From Octopus vulgaris (taxonomy: Eukaryota): a stretch of DNA of 64,000 bases. Shown one piece after another: positions 12,276 through 25,250 of the stretch (its first letter is position 1; each line of letters begins with the position of its first letter). The stretch covers positions 17,546,001 through 17,610,000 of the forward strand of contig OX597838.1 in NCBI GenBank assembly GCA_951406725.2, in the 5' to 3' direction. Below the pieces are notes generated by a model. The model did no database searches. It was not told the DNA's origin and saw only the letters and a list, made by a program, of their open reading frames with translations. The translations under genes and the position numbers were made by a program.

Positions 12276-12859
12276 ATATTTACCAATACATGCTATCATG
12301 TCTTTATAAACACTGACTCAGATAACATCTCTACCTTTATTCTAAACCTCACTTTTTAATAACACTATGTAACACAATTTTTGTCCTTGGGTAGCAACTG
12401 TTATTTCTTATTTGTTTATGCCTAGAAAGTATGAAAAATGGCTCATATTTACTTAAAACTTTGCTTTTCTGGCATTTATTCAAACCCCAAAGAATCCCTC
12501 TCAACATATGTCTATGATGCTCCTCCACCACACTTTCTCATCATTAGAGATACACATATTGTCTGCTACTAAGGGACATGCTCAAGTGGTTATGGTCAAG
12601 CAACTGACGAGCAAATCTGAGCTATTGAGCAGAATATTTGTTATAACGCTATTTCTGCTTGAGCAATTCAACGCTGAAATGTAATGGAAAATAGGTCAGT
12701 TTCAAAACATTGACGTCCGTGTCACGAGTGCAAATTTTGAAGGAAATATTAGTCAATTCTTTTGATTTCTAGATAGGAGCAAATAGGAAATATCACTTAC
12801 TAACCAAAGACAAATATAAAATAAAATTTTATTTCGTTGTACAGTGTGACCCCTGACTT

Positions 12860-13560
12860 ACTTCATCTTAATCTACACCCAGTAAACATCATTACCAGTC
12901 GTAAATACTTTATAATCTCTAACTGAGATTCCGTCAATACTTTATACTTATTAATTATCAAGGCATGTCATCACGTCTTCATAACTACCACGTTACCATT
13001 ACCTCGTACTTAATAATTATCAATAAGAAATTCCATTAACTCTTTATAAGTGCTGACTTAGTAACCATCGCTACCTTTTACTTAGTAATTACTTGTATAT
13101 GCCATCATTATCTGATTGTCACTAATTACGGAAATACATTACTACATCTTTATAAACCCTGACTGAATTACCATCACTAAGTTATATTCAGTAATTGCTA
13201 AACAACATATCATGACTAACTTCTACTCGGCAATTACAAATAAATGCCTTCATTTCTTTACGATGACTGATTTAGATAGAATAATTGCCTTATGATCAAT
13301 ATTTACCAACACACGATGGCAGCGAGCTGAAAGAAACGCTAACACGCCGGGCTAAATGCTCCACGAGATTGCTAGCCTTATGCCAGAATTTAGAATCAAT
13401 ATTTATTAATGCAAACCGTCATTTCTTTACAATCACTCACTGAGACACCATCACTGCTTTATACTCAATATTTACCAATTCAGACCGTCACTACTTTATT
13501 GACCGTCACTGTTAGTATGTTTACCCTCCCTAATTACGAACATAGACCATTACTAACCCT
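12860..13560. repeat. Degenerate minisatellite, about 40-bp period (ccatcactacctttatacttagtaatt..)
   Basis: Recurring ccatc/tcactac..tttata/tttact..taatta motifs; period estimated by eye. Confidence 0.55.
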
Positions 13561-13587
13561 AGGTTTCCTTGGAATATAGATATTTGT

Positions 13588-13843
13588 TCTTTTATTCTTT
13601 TATTTGTTTCAGTCATTAGACTGTGGCCATGCTGTGGCACCATCTTGAAGAATTCTTAGTCGAATGTATCGATCCCTATACTTATTTTTGTTTTGAGCCT
13701 TGTAATTATTCTATCGATCTCATTTTGTTGAACCGCTAAGCTAAAGGGGCGTAAACACACCAGTACCAGTTGTCAAGAGGCAGCGATGGTGGTGGCGACA
13801 AGCGCAGACACAAACACACACACACACACACACACACATACAT

Positions 13844-13898
<55 letters not shown>

Positions 13899-14030
13899 AA
13901 TAATGAGGGTGATAAATTGAATATTAATGTAATTAACATCAGTTTAAAACCAGTAGTCTAGCGTATAGAAAATCTGAAAATTCACCGATCTTCTTCCAGC
14001 ATATTAGATGTCCACTTAGTGGTCATCCCT

Positions 14031-14092
<62 letters not shown>

Positions 14093-14252
14093 GACGGGCT
14101 CGTTTTAGCTTCCGTCCACTAAATCCTCTCACAAGGCTTTGGTCGGCCCCGAGGCTATAAAAGACACCTGTTCGAGATGCCATGCAGTGGGACTGAACCC
14201 CAAACCATGTGGTTGGAAAGCAAGCTCCTTACCACACAGCCACCCATGCGCC
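13588..14252 (-). mobile_element. SINE family C interrupted by (TA)n and an insert
   Basis: 3' half at about 13588-13850, 5' half at 14091-14252. Confidence 0.7.
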
Positions 14253-15599
14253 TTTATCATAAGTTCACCGTAATTAACCCTATTAGAAGATTACATTTTA
14301 ATTAATGACGTGAACTGTTTGTTGTGGTCTTCTGATATAGCTGATAGTGTGACGGCCTTTTAAAAGAGCTGAGGGTATACTGACTCCTACAAGAATATTA
14401 GTTGTGGTTAGTATTTTCAAATAGAATTCGCAATGTCACTGTCTTCCTATAAGGCTTGAAGTGCTCTGCTATTTGTCTCCAAGAGATTTGTAATAGTTTC
14501 TTCTTCTGTGTATTGCTTCTTTTAAGGTTAAAACAATGTTGTCATACTGGAAGAGTGTGGTCATGCCGGAGCAACGTTGTATCGTTCTCTGGTACAAGCG
14601 ACCAACGTTGGAGTTGTATATGTCTCCTAGATAATTTTAAATCTGTTAGCCATCTCTCTCTCCTTCTCTTTCTCTCACTTTCTCTTTCTTTCTCTCTCTC
14701 TCTCTTTCTCTCTCTCTCTTTTTTTCTCTCTCTCTCTCTCTGTTTCTGTCTGTCTCTCTCCTCTTTCTCTCACTCTCTCTTTCTTTCTCTCTCTCTCTCT
14801 TTCTCTCTATCTCTGTTTCTGTATGTCTCTCTCCCTCTCTTTCCCCTATGTTCACCTCTTTCAATGAGCGTTTTATTTGTCTGTGTGTCCGTCTTATGCT
14901 CAGATATGCGTGCGTGCACATATGCGCCTGTCTCTATGAATGTGTGCTTATACTGTGCGAAAGTGCTTGTGTGTCTGTCTGTGTATTATATACGTACATA
15001 CATATATATATGTGTATGTGTGTCTCTATGTACGCTTGCTTGAGTGTGTGTGTATAAACACACACTCACACACAGCATGCTTATACTTTAATATATATAT
15101 ATTCATATTTACATACACATCTATTGTTACTTAGATTGAAATTACCGAGATCTCTCGCCTACTATGTCCTCTTCTATTGTTTTAAAACTGGGCGTCACTG
15201 ACCTTCAATAAAGGTAATGAGAACGGGAATCAGCATGTCTTATTTCGTGGGATCGGTGGCTAATCCATTTACCTAGTAATTCGATGGTGCGACATTGTCC
15301 CAATAATGTATGCATTTGGTTCCACGAGAAGAGATAACAAGTTGTCTCCCTTTAATGCACTCTTATTTTTTGTGTTTTCGCCTTTTATATAAATCTGTTT
15401 ATCAGCGAAGTTTGCTGTTGTTATCGTTGTTGTTGGTGTTTAACTCCCATCCTGCCGGTCCCGACGAGATGGCCCTATAATCGTGCACTTTCCAGCCATG
15501 ACTATTCCATCTTTTTCTGACATTTTTTTTTACTCCAATCTACTTTATCCAATGTGACCTTCCTTTTTAAAACGGTAGTGTGTATTTCCGTGTATGTAT

Positions 15600-15641
<42 letters not shown>

Positions 15642-15834
15642 TGTCTCTCTTATACACACACACTCTCCCCTCTCCTTCTTTCCCTCTCTCTCTCACACAC
15701 ATACATACATACGCATGCTTGATATTTGTGCCGACAAGTGTGAGCTTCTGCAGTCTATACGGTCAATTTAGCTGCTAGAAATAATGCCTATTTCACCTTC
15801 AAATGACCCTCTACCATCTTTTTTAAAACAAAGT

Positions 15835-15838
15835 TACC

Positions 15839-15876
<38 letters not shown>

Positions 15877-15892
15877 AACCACCACTACCACC

Positions 15893-15987
<95 letters not shown>

Positions 15988-16014
15988 ACCACCACTACTA
16001 CCACCACTACCACC

Positions 16015-16058
<44 letters not shown>

Positions 16059-16080
16059 CACCACCACCACCACCACCACC

Positions 16081-16112
<32 letters not shown>

Positions 16113-16146
16113 CACCACTAGCACTAGCACTACCACTACTACTGCT

Positions 16147-16189
<43 letters not shown>

Positions 16190-16190
16190 C
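15835..16190. repeat. Compound trinucleotide microsatellite (TAC/CAC/GCT/GAT)n
   Basis: Directly visible. Confidence 0.95.
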
Positions 16191-16610
16191 TACTGCTGTT
16201 ATCTTTTATTACTGGTGCTTCTACCACTATTTCTACACTTGGAAGGTCGAGAGATCGTTTAGTCTTTCTCTCTCCCCCTCTCCCCCCCCCCTCTCTCTCT
16301 CTCGACCTTGTAGAAATAGTAGTGATGTCTCCGTCAAATAACGCATTACCGTTTAAATCGAGGATACACGGATATCGGAGTCGGAGATACAGTGTATATG
16401 AGTTTTAAAAAACGGTCACAGCTGGAAGAAATCTATGATCATTTGTCTACTGCATCAGAACTGACCTGGGGTTAAACAACAACAGCAACGACTTCTACTT
16501 ATATTCTCTACTTCTATCTATTTCTAACAAGAGTGTGGATGTTTATTCTTGGTATTTCTATGTATAAAATACCCACTCCATAGAATGTCATTAAACCAGT
16601 TATATATATG

Positions 16611-16774
<164 letters not shown>

Positions 16775-16788
16775 TACATACATATATA

Positions 16789-16827
<39 letters not shown>

Positions 16828-17149
16828 TTCATTTTAGACCCTGATCAAAGTTGTCTGACATATATTTCCACTGATGTAATGTAAATGTTTGTGATTTTTA
16901 AAAAAAAGGTACTTTGTATTTATAAGGGTAAATGTAAATGCTGATATCCTGATAATTAATTTATATCCAGGTAGGGAACGAGCAACAACGATAAAGAAAC
17001 TATTGAAAAGCATAACGAACAAGGCACGGAGCCAATGAATTTAATGCTGTGCAGTAAAACAAACGTCGACGTTTCAGAGAGTTTTCTTTCGTCAAAATAT
17101 AAGGGGACGGGACAGGAATAGAAATACAAGCAGTGTTCTTTGTTAAGAT

Positions 17150-17402
17150 GAACCATGGTGTAGTAACCTTTCAGATCCTAGTCTAGATGGCGAATATCTT
17201 CTGTACCCCAGGATAGTTCAGCTCTCCACCCGTTAAAACGCCACCGTTTACAGAATGAGGATAACAACGTAGCTTTCGCGCCCGTGCAACCACCAGCCTA
17301 TCGCGTGTGGTGGGTGGATCTTCAAGTTGCCACATGCACTCTCAGTAGCTTAGAGTAGGTTCGAATTAGAGATTACTCTTTGCGGCTAATGGCGTGAGTC
17401 CT
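17150..17402 (+). repeat. Interspersed repeat (SINE tail or LINE 3' end), second copy at 23420-23690
   Basis: Direct sequence similarity between the two loci. Confidence 0.75.
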
Positions 17403-17908
17403 AACAAGACATCAAAACAGTGTGTGGAGACAATGAAAACACTACCATCGTTACAACCACCGCTACCACTAGCGCCACTATCACCACCATCACCACCGCC
17501 TTCTTCGCTGCTATTATGTCAGCAGCAACCACTAGTAGCAGTCATAAAACCATTACTAATATTGTCGCTACTGAAAGCGAAAACAAAGAATGTTCTTAAC
17601 ACAAAGCCAGTTTTTGGCAACCCGCTACTCGAGAGATAAACGTAACTCTGAAATAATCGAGTTATCGGACGAAATAAATATGATATGGGAGACAACTCGA
17701 GTAAAAAATCTAGACGAGTGGTCTCCTTGCATATCCCCCAAGTCAGTTCTGGAAGAAAGCGGCGGAATAATAATATATAAACACGAAGACCAGGGAAGAT
17801 GACTGGAGTCGAACCGAGGGCTCGAGTTGTAAGTAGCAAGAAGTAGGAATTTCGGTGCGGTTTGATGTTTCTGACCGAAAAAGAAGTAAAAAAAAAAAAA
17901 AATTCCCC

Positions 17909-18240
17909 GGAGTGGCTGTGTGGTAAGTAGCTTGCTTACCAACCACATTGCTCCGGGTTCAGTTCCACTGCGTGGCGCCTTGGGCAAGTGTCTTCTACTA
18001 TAGCCTCGGGCTGACCGAAGCCTTGTGAGTGGATTTGGTAGACGGAAACTGAAAGAAGCCCGTCGTATATATGTATATATATATGTGTGTATGTATGTGT
18101 GTGTATATGTTTGTTTATCTGTTTGTCCCCCCCCCCGCATCGCTTGACAACCGATGCTGGTGTGTTTACATCCCCGTAACTTAGCGGTTCGGCAAAAGAA
18201 ACCGATAGAATAAGTAGTAGGCTTACAAAGAATATGTCCT
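17909..18240 (+). mobile_element. SINE family C
   Basis: Homology to 9853-10264. Confidence 0.85.
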
Positions 18241-18570
18241 GAGAAGAAATTACTTGGAACTGCTTTAGTTGCGAAACTATAGATACAGACAGGAAGCAAT
18301 TAAGAAAAATAAGAAAAATACAAAGAATAAGGAAAATAAAAACATAGAATAAAGTAAAATAAAGTATTAAGTGTATCGATACCATCACACTGTTGGTCAT
18401 TTACACACACACACAACCGATGTCTCATATTCGTTGATAACCATTTGGTAATAAATCTTTTGATAGCTATCCGGCCATCGTAATGTGACGCAAGTGGGCC
18501 AGACAGCATACTAAAAAGGGTCTTAACTCTTAGTGGCTATTTGGCGCATACATATATCCCAAAATACGCC

Positions 18571-18652
<82 letters not shown>

Positions 18653-18756
18653 TAATCCAAACAAGAAAACACAGAAAAAAAGAGAAAAAAAACACAGCAA
18701 CGCAGGACGTGGAACAATTAAAGTATTATTGACGCTCAGGAAAGAAGGGAAGGAGG

Positions 18757-18791
18757 GTTTAACGTTTCGAGCGGAGCTCTTCGTCGGAAAC
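18757..18791 (-). ncRNA. Minimal hammerhead-like motif (CCGACGA core variant)
   Basis: guuu-CCGACGA-a-gagc-ucc-gcuc-GAAAC-GUU-aaac, inside a roughly 190-bp repeat at 18648-18836. Confidence 0.55.
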
Positions 18792-19015
18792 AAGGAGAAG
18801 GAAAGATCCCAAGGAGGGAAGACAGAGGAGAAAAAATATATATATATATAATTAAGGGTTAAGCAATAAGTTGCTTAATCACACACCGAAAATTTAGAAA
18901 TAGCAGCCAAAGACAGCTTGTTCCTTTTAACTACATATATTACTCCACAGATAACAATGCTTGTAACTCACATAGGCAAAAGAAGAAAATAACGAAATCA
19001 AACAGGCTTCGATTA

Positions 19016-19073
19016 ATTGTGGACGCGTTTCTCGGTTACAATTATACAAATTCATTCCCGTCATCAGCACAAT
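19016..19073 (-). ncRNA. Type I minimal hammerhead ribozyme motif (Penelope-like)
   Basis: Minus strand: auugug-CUGAUGA-cgg..ccg-a-GAAAC-GC-GUC-cacaau. Canonical core, 6-bp stem I, palindromic ACGCGU stem III. Confidence 0.75.
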
Positions 19074-19357
19074 AATTCGATAATTTATAAATTAGGAAAT
19101 GCTATGAACCTACCCTTTGCATCCCGATCCCGCGCCATCGGGAATAACAGAAGATAGTCAGCACATCCACATTTTCATACACGAATGAATTCGTATTTTC
19201 CCTCCAAGATTACCATGTGCGTCACAAGATATATATATATATATATATATTTATTATATAGAAGGAGCTTCTACAGGACTAGAACTGTTTCATTCAAGAG
19301 AAATCGTACTATTGAGTACCTTATTTACTGTGGTTAACCCCGAATCAACCCGGGACC

Positions 19358-19401
<44 letters not shown>

Positions 19402-19469
19402 ACCGCGTGTGTACCGATGGCGATTTTCTTCCCTCTGTCTTCCCTTCTCTGGATCTTTCCTTCTCCTAT

Positions 19470-19504
19470 GTTTCCGACGAAGAGCTCCGCTCGAAACGTT
19501 AAAC
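19470..19504 (+). ncRNA. Minimal hammerhead-like motif (CCGACGA core variant)
   Basis: Identical motif to 18757-18791 in the opposite orientation, inside repeat 19410-19597. Confidence 0.55.
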
Positions 19505-19592
19505 CCTCCTTCTTTCCTGAGCGTCCAATAATATTATATTTGTTCCACGTCCTCGCGTTGTTGTGTTTTTTTTTGTGCTTTCTTGTTTGGAT

Positions 19593-19657
<65 letters not shown>

Positions 19658-19744
19658 TGTGACGCACATGGTAATCTTGCATATATAGTATGTGTATGTC
19701 TGTGAGCCGACTTATATGTATTGTGTCTAAACTACTTTCATTTT

Positions 19745-21310
19745 CTTGGATTTCAACATCGCATTCATTTAGACGCTATTCAAGGCCTTTTCGTAATCAA
19801 CAAAAGCCATACATTGAGAAAATTTGTATTCATTCGCTCGTTCTTCGAACCATGTTAGAGTGAATAAGTTCCGATAAAAAACTGCTCGCTCTCTAGGATG
19901 TAGGTAGTCGAGGTGTTTTGATAGTCTTGTGACTATGACCTTTGTAAACAGCTTATGGAGGTGAGACAAGAGGTATATCTTTTTAAATGTTCTTTATCAC
20001 CCTTCTTATGAAGTAAGATGATATATAACTCCTTCCACGGTGAGGGTATTTTACTTTCCTTCAGACAGTGATTGAAGGATAGAAAGAGGATTTTCCACAG
20101 CTTTTCACCTCTGCATCTTAACATTTCTGTTGTGATACCATCTTTCCCTGGAACTTTGTCTTCATTAGTTTGAAGACATTTTCAGTTTCATTAGGAAAAA
20201 CAAGGAAAAACAAAGTTACAGAAATATTAATAACAATTAAAAGCCAGCAAAACTGGATAGAGGAAGGCCGTGGCACAGGGAAACAATTCCCTAAAAATAG
20301 TTGGAGGCAGGATCCTGGGAGAGAGCTGAAAAAGCAAAGATCCTACTAGAGAAGTCAGGAAGGGAGCTCAATGTAGAGAACAGTAGCAAAAAAGTCATTG
20401 ATGATCTATGCTCAACAAGAAACAAAGGTTCCAAGTGTGTATAGGGTCAGTTGAATAGGTAGAATAGGTAGCACTCCTTCTAATGTTTGTGGTGGTGGAG
20501 AATCGAGTTTCACTGACGATTTTAAAAGGTTAGTGTAAAAGGTTTTGCACACCTCTTCCACCTCGCTTTGTCAGTCACCGTGAACCCATCCTTGTTCTTA
20601 AGTTCCGTCACCACTGACCTATAGAGTGCCAGCCCCTCTTGCATCTTTTTAGGCTTCATTTCTAAAGAGCTTGAATTAGATTCTTTAATCTGTAATTCTA
20701 GAAGTCATTTCCTAGATTGTTGTCTGATCACTTTACAGAGAACGGAATATTCGAGGAGATCTTTCATGTTCAATTTCATCGTTTTCCGCATCTCTAGCAT
20801 TTTCTCCGTCTCCTCCGAAATTCTCCCTTCAAAATCCTGCCCGATTGCAGTTCTTGTTTTCCATTTGAAGATTTTGATTTTCTGGATCAGCAAATTGTAG
20901 TTCTCATCGAGCTCTTCAAAGTTAACTCCAAATTTCTTTCTTGATAGCTTCCTGCAACTGGTTCACATCAAAGGCCTTTTGTCTCTCTGATTTCATTGAT
21001 CGCGATCTTTGCTTATAGCATGCGGTGATCTCTGCCTATGTTGAATGACGCGACTACTGAGATGTCTTACAGTATGCGTTGTTTATCGAGTAGGATGTTA
21101 TCAATTTTATTTTTATGTCGAGCGTTTACGGCTATCCATATCCCCCCCCCCCCCCAGGTAGCTTCCTGAATAGGCTGTTCCCAACTTAAAGTCTTCTTGT
21201 TTTTGTATGGTAACCAAACGTTCTCCGGTTTTGCTTCTCGTTCCTGATCCAAAATTACCACTATATTTCTCTTCCTGTCGTTTAATTCCTACCTTTGCGT
21301 TGAAATCGCT
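19745..21310 (-). mobile_element. Decayed RTE-like LINE ORF (APE endonuclease end to RT N-half)
   Basis: Minus-strand peptides DFNAKVG, NKIDNILL, KIPSPWKELYIILLHKKGDKE, SHLHKLFTKVI and CMAFVDYEKALNSV, with frameshifts. Confidence 0.8.
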
Positions 21311-21313
21311 CAT

Positions 21314-21720
21314 AGGCGTAGGAGTGGCTGTGTGGCAAGTAGCTTGCTTACGAACTACATGTTCCGGGTTCAGTCCCACTGCGTTGCATCTTGGGCAAGT
21401 GTCTTCTACTATAGCCTCGGGCCGACCAAACCTTGTGAGTGGATTTGGTAGACGGAAACTGAAAGAAGCCCGTCGTATATATGTATATGTATATATATGT
21501 ATGTGTGTGTGTATATGTGTGTCTGTGTTTGTCCACCAACATCGCTTGACAACCGATGCTGGTGTTTATGTACCCGTAACTTAGCAGTTCGGCAAAAGGG
21601 GCCGACAGTATAAGTACTAGGCTTACAAAGAATAAGTCCTGGGGTCGATTTGCTCGACTAAAGGCGGTGCTCCAGCATGGCCGCAGTCAAATGACTGAAA
21701 CAAGTAAACGAGTAAAAGAG
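21314..21720 (+). mobile_element. SINE family C
   Basis: Full-length homolog abutting the RTE-like LINE remnant. Confidence 0.85.
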
Positions 21721-21881
21721 TGTGAATATGTGTGTCTGTATGTGTCAGTGTGTGTGTGTGTGTGTGTGTGTGAATATGTGTGTGTGTGTGTGTGTGTGTC
21801 ATGGTATATTCTGTTAAGAATATACCATATATAGAGTACAGTATAAAGTTCGTCCACCTTCAGATTTCACCTTCTGCTATC

Positions 21882-21961
<80 letters not shown>

Positions 21962-22381
21962 TAACTACTTTCAGGTTTGCATTGGGGCTTCTATCGTGTG
22001 TGAGTAGATAATTGAAAAAAATTTGAAGTCAACGAGATGGAGTACGGTTCGACATTTATTTTCAATCACTACAATTGTTTCTACGCAGCCACGTTCTCCA
22101 GGCCTAGTTCTCCTCTATATCTCTATTTCCTCTATTTTTCTCCTTCTTTTTTCTTCACACAATCTCTCTGTCTTTCTCTTTCTCATTCTCTTCTCTGCCT
22201 GTCTATCTATATGTATATATAAAAACTTGGAGAAGAGAAATAACGCGTGCGTTCGGTCATATAATAATATTGTTTGTCCTGCACTCTGTTTTTTCATTGT
22301 TTAAAAAAAGTCCGTTTCCTTGTTTGATTTTATGTTTTCATCTCTCGTTGTGTTCTACGTTTATTTGTGGTGTCCTGTACT

Positions 22382-22433
<52 letters not shown>

Positions 22434-22503
22434 TGTATATATACATGTAGATGTAAGTATGTACATATATGTATGTATATATGCATATATTTTATTTATT
22501 TAT

Positions 22504-22549
<46 letters not shown>

Positions 22550-22998
22550 TTATTTATTTATTTATATAATACACACACACACATATATATGTATACGTGT
22601 GTATGTATTATGTATGCAGGTATGTATGTATGTATGTATGTACGTATACATTACTAACACGTTTAAAAACATAGTAGCGATTCATAGATTGTGTACAAGT
22701 TCGAATTATTCCCTATGTAATTGTTTCATTGTGTTTATGGCTAGGATACTACAGCATTATCAAACTTCGCAACTCTAAGAAACAGACACCAGATCTGGAG
22801 AAGAGGAATCTGGGAAATGGTTTATAGCAATGATTAGACATTGATATAAAAGATAAGAATATATTTATTGCAGCAGTACTTATTTATCGGAGAATACATA
22901 AATGTTTATTATCTTACTTCAAATATCTAACCCAATTATTTTCGATTTTCAGACTTTCTCATCGATGTCTAATGTTTCTCTTTTCTCTCCCTTTGCAG

Positions 22999-23052
22999 AC
23001 ATTTGTTAAACTGTGTTGCATGAGAGTGAAGTTTTTCAAAAAGAAGTTTGAG
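22999..23052 (+). CDS. Hv-like voltage-gated proton channel, internal exon (end of S2 and S2-S3 linker): TFVKLCCMRVKFFKKKFE
   Basis: Polypyrimidine tract plus ctttgcag acceptor; GAG|gtaggt donor; 54 nt, phase 0/0. Joins the next exon to give KKKFE-VFDAFIV, matching the Hv F-F-x-x-K-x-E-x-x-D-A motif. Confidence 0.85.
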
Positions 23053-23214
23053 GTAGGTATTTAATTTCCCCTCATTACAATTTTAAAATGTTTAACGTTT
23101 TGATGAAACACTTCCACTCGTTTTTCTTTCCTTGTTTCTCTCTCTCTCCCCTTCTCCCTGTCACCTTCCTCTTCGGTTTTTTCTCTCGCACCCTCCCTCC
23201 AACACCACCTCAGA

Positions 23215-23690
23215 GGAGGCGCAATGGCCCAGTGGTTAGGGCAGCGGACACGCGGTCGTAAGAATGCGGTTTCGATTCCCAGACCGGGCATTCTGAGTGT
23301 TTATTAAGCAAAAACACCTATGCTCCACGAGGCTGCGGCGGGGCAGGGGTGGTGAACCCCGCTGTACTCTTTCACCACAACTTTCTCTCGCTCTTTCTTC
23401 CTACTTCTGCCACAAAGCAGAGGAACCGTGGTGTAACCCACTATGGTGTGGTAAACTTCCAGACCCTAGTCAAGATTGCGAATCCTTTGTACCCCAGGAT
23501 GGTTCAGCTCTCCACCCGTTAAAAGCCACCGTTTACGGAATGAGGATAACAACGTAGCTTTCGCACCCGTGCAACCACCAGCTTATCGCGTGTGGTGGGT
23601 GGATTTTCAAGTTGCCACATGCATTCTTAGTAGCTTAGAGTAGGCTCGAATTAGAGATTATTCTTTGTGGCTAATGGCGTGAGTCCTGAT
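23215..23690 (+). mobile_element. SINE family B head joined to a roughly 270-bp repeat also present at 17150-17402
   Basis: B head at 23215; 23420-23690 matches 17150-17402 (ccccaggat..agctctccacccgttaaaa..gctaatggcgtgagtcct). Confidence 0.75.
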
Positions 23691-24140
23691 TGGAAGAAGA
23701 AGGGGAGAAGAAGAAGAAGAAGAAGAAGAAGAAGAAGAAGAAGAAGAAGAAGAAGAAGAAGAAGAAGAAGAAGAAGAAGAAGAAGACACCACCTCACACT
23801 GTTTGCTCTCTCAGTTTCTCAGCCTCTACTTCCCAGCGACCTTGTATGTAACCCCTCTCAACCAGCTATAAATACACAGCTTCGAATCATCCAACCGTTT
23901 TTTCAAAGCAGAAAAAAAAAAACATTATTTAGTACTAAATATGATGAACATAAATATCTAACAAAAGATACGAATACTATGGCTGCATTGTTTGTTTTTT
24001 TTATCATAGATGTTTTCGATCAAAATTGATCTCGAGTTTAACAAAAACAACAAACAACTCACCCTCGCTACTCCTCTCTTTCTCTAGATCTCTATTTTCC
24101 TCTTTTCTCCTCTCTTCTTTTCTTCTCTCAATCTCTCTTT

Positions 24141-24364
24141 CTTATTTCTTTATTGCCCACGAGGGGCTAAACATAGAGGGGACAAACAAGGACAGACAAA
24201 CGGATTAAGTCAATTACATCGACCCCAGTGCGTAACTGGTACTTAATTTATCGACCCCGAAAGGATGAAAGGCAAAGTCGACCTCGGCGGAATTTGAACT
24301 CAGAACGTAACGGCAGACGAAATACGGCTACGCATTTCGCCCGTTTCTGCCAGCTCGCCGCCTT
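24141..24364 (-). mobile_element. SINE family A
   Basis: Reverse complement of the 4497 monomer. Confidence 0.85.
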
Positions 24365-24401
24365 CATCTCTTCAATCTCTCTTTCACTTCTCTTCTCTAC
24401 C

Positions 24402-24439
<38 letters not shown>

Positions 24440-24880
24440 GTACCTCCACATATCTGTTGAGCATGTTAGAAATAGCCGTTAGACCTTCCTCAAATCTGTT
24501 GGACACACTTGACTGTCGTAGTTCCATTTGCACTTTAGATAAGCAGAAATCAATATATAACAGTTAAAAAGCATTCGACCGATTATAATGTCTAATCGGT
24601 CAGTCTGCCGTGAGATAAAACAACACCACCGACTACTAGTACTACTACTACTACATGTATTATTTAAGCTACTAGGGATGACTGAATCCCCATTGAACAT
24701 GGTGTGTCTTCAAGATCAAGACAACCAAGAGAGAATCCTTTTCTTTAGCGTGTTACCCACGACCAGATATACTTTGGTACGAGTTAAATTAAATTTCAAA
24801 AGCTCCACATTGAACCGAGCCTGTAACTTCTACCGCTCAAAGCCTTTTGTACAGACTTGTTTGTACTGTGTCATAAATAT

Positions 24881-25162
24881 CACGTGATCAAGTGACCGAC
24901 CAGACCATCAGATGTTGCTACACATCGCTGGTCACAATGCGTTCGCATTGTTTTAGCCTTGGATGACGCCACTCCGCTGGCTAAGCGAGCAGGCCAACAG
25001 AAGAAAGAGAGAGAGAAACAGTGGTGAAAGAGTACCACCCCCTGCCGGACCCTCGTGGAGCTTTTTCGCTCAATAAACACTCACAACGCCCGGTCTGGGA
25101 ATCGAAACCGCGATCCTGCGACCGCGAGTCCGCTGCCCTAACCACTGGGCCATTGCGCCTCC
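24881..25162 (-). mobile_element. SINE family B (tail type 3)
   Basis: B head on the minus strand, distinct tail; TSD gtcataaatat (24870-24880 and 25165-25175). Confidence 0.85.
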
Positions 25163-25207
25163 ACGTCATAAATATACATACTATAAATGTATTTTTGTGG
25201 GAGGTTA

Positions 25208-25250
<43 letters not shown>

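Noticed and set aside
21975-21999. Possible micro-exon (ttcag|..LHWGFYR..|gtgagt) as part of S2
   Set aside because: Only 25 nt, does not join the 22999 exon into a recognisable S2 helix, and follows a (TAG)n tract.
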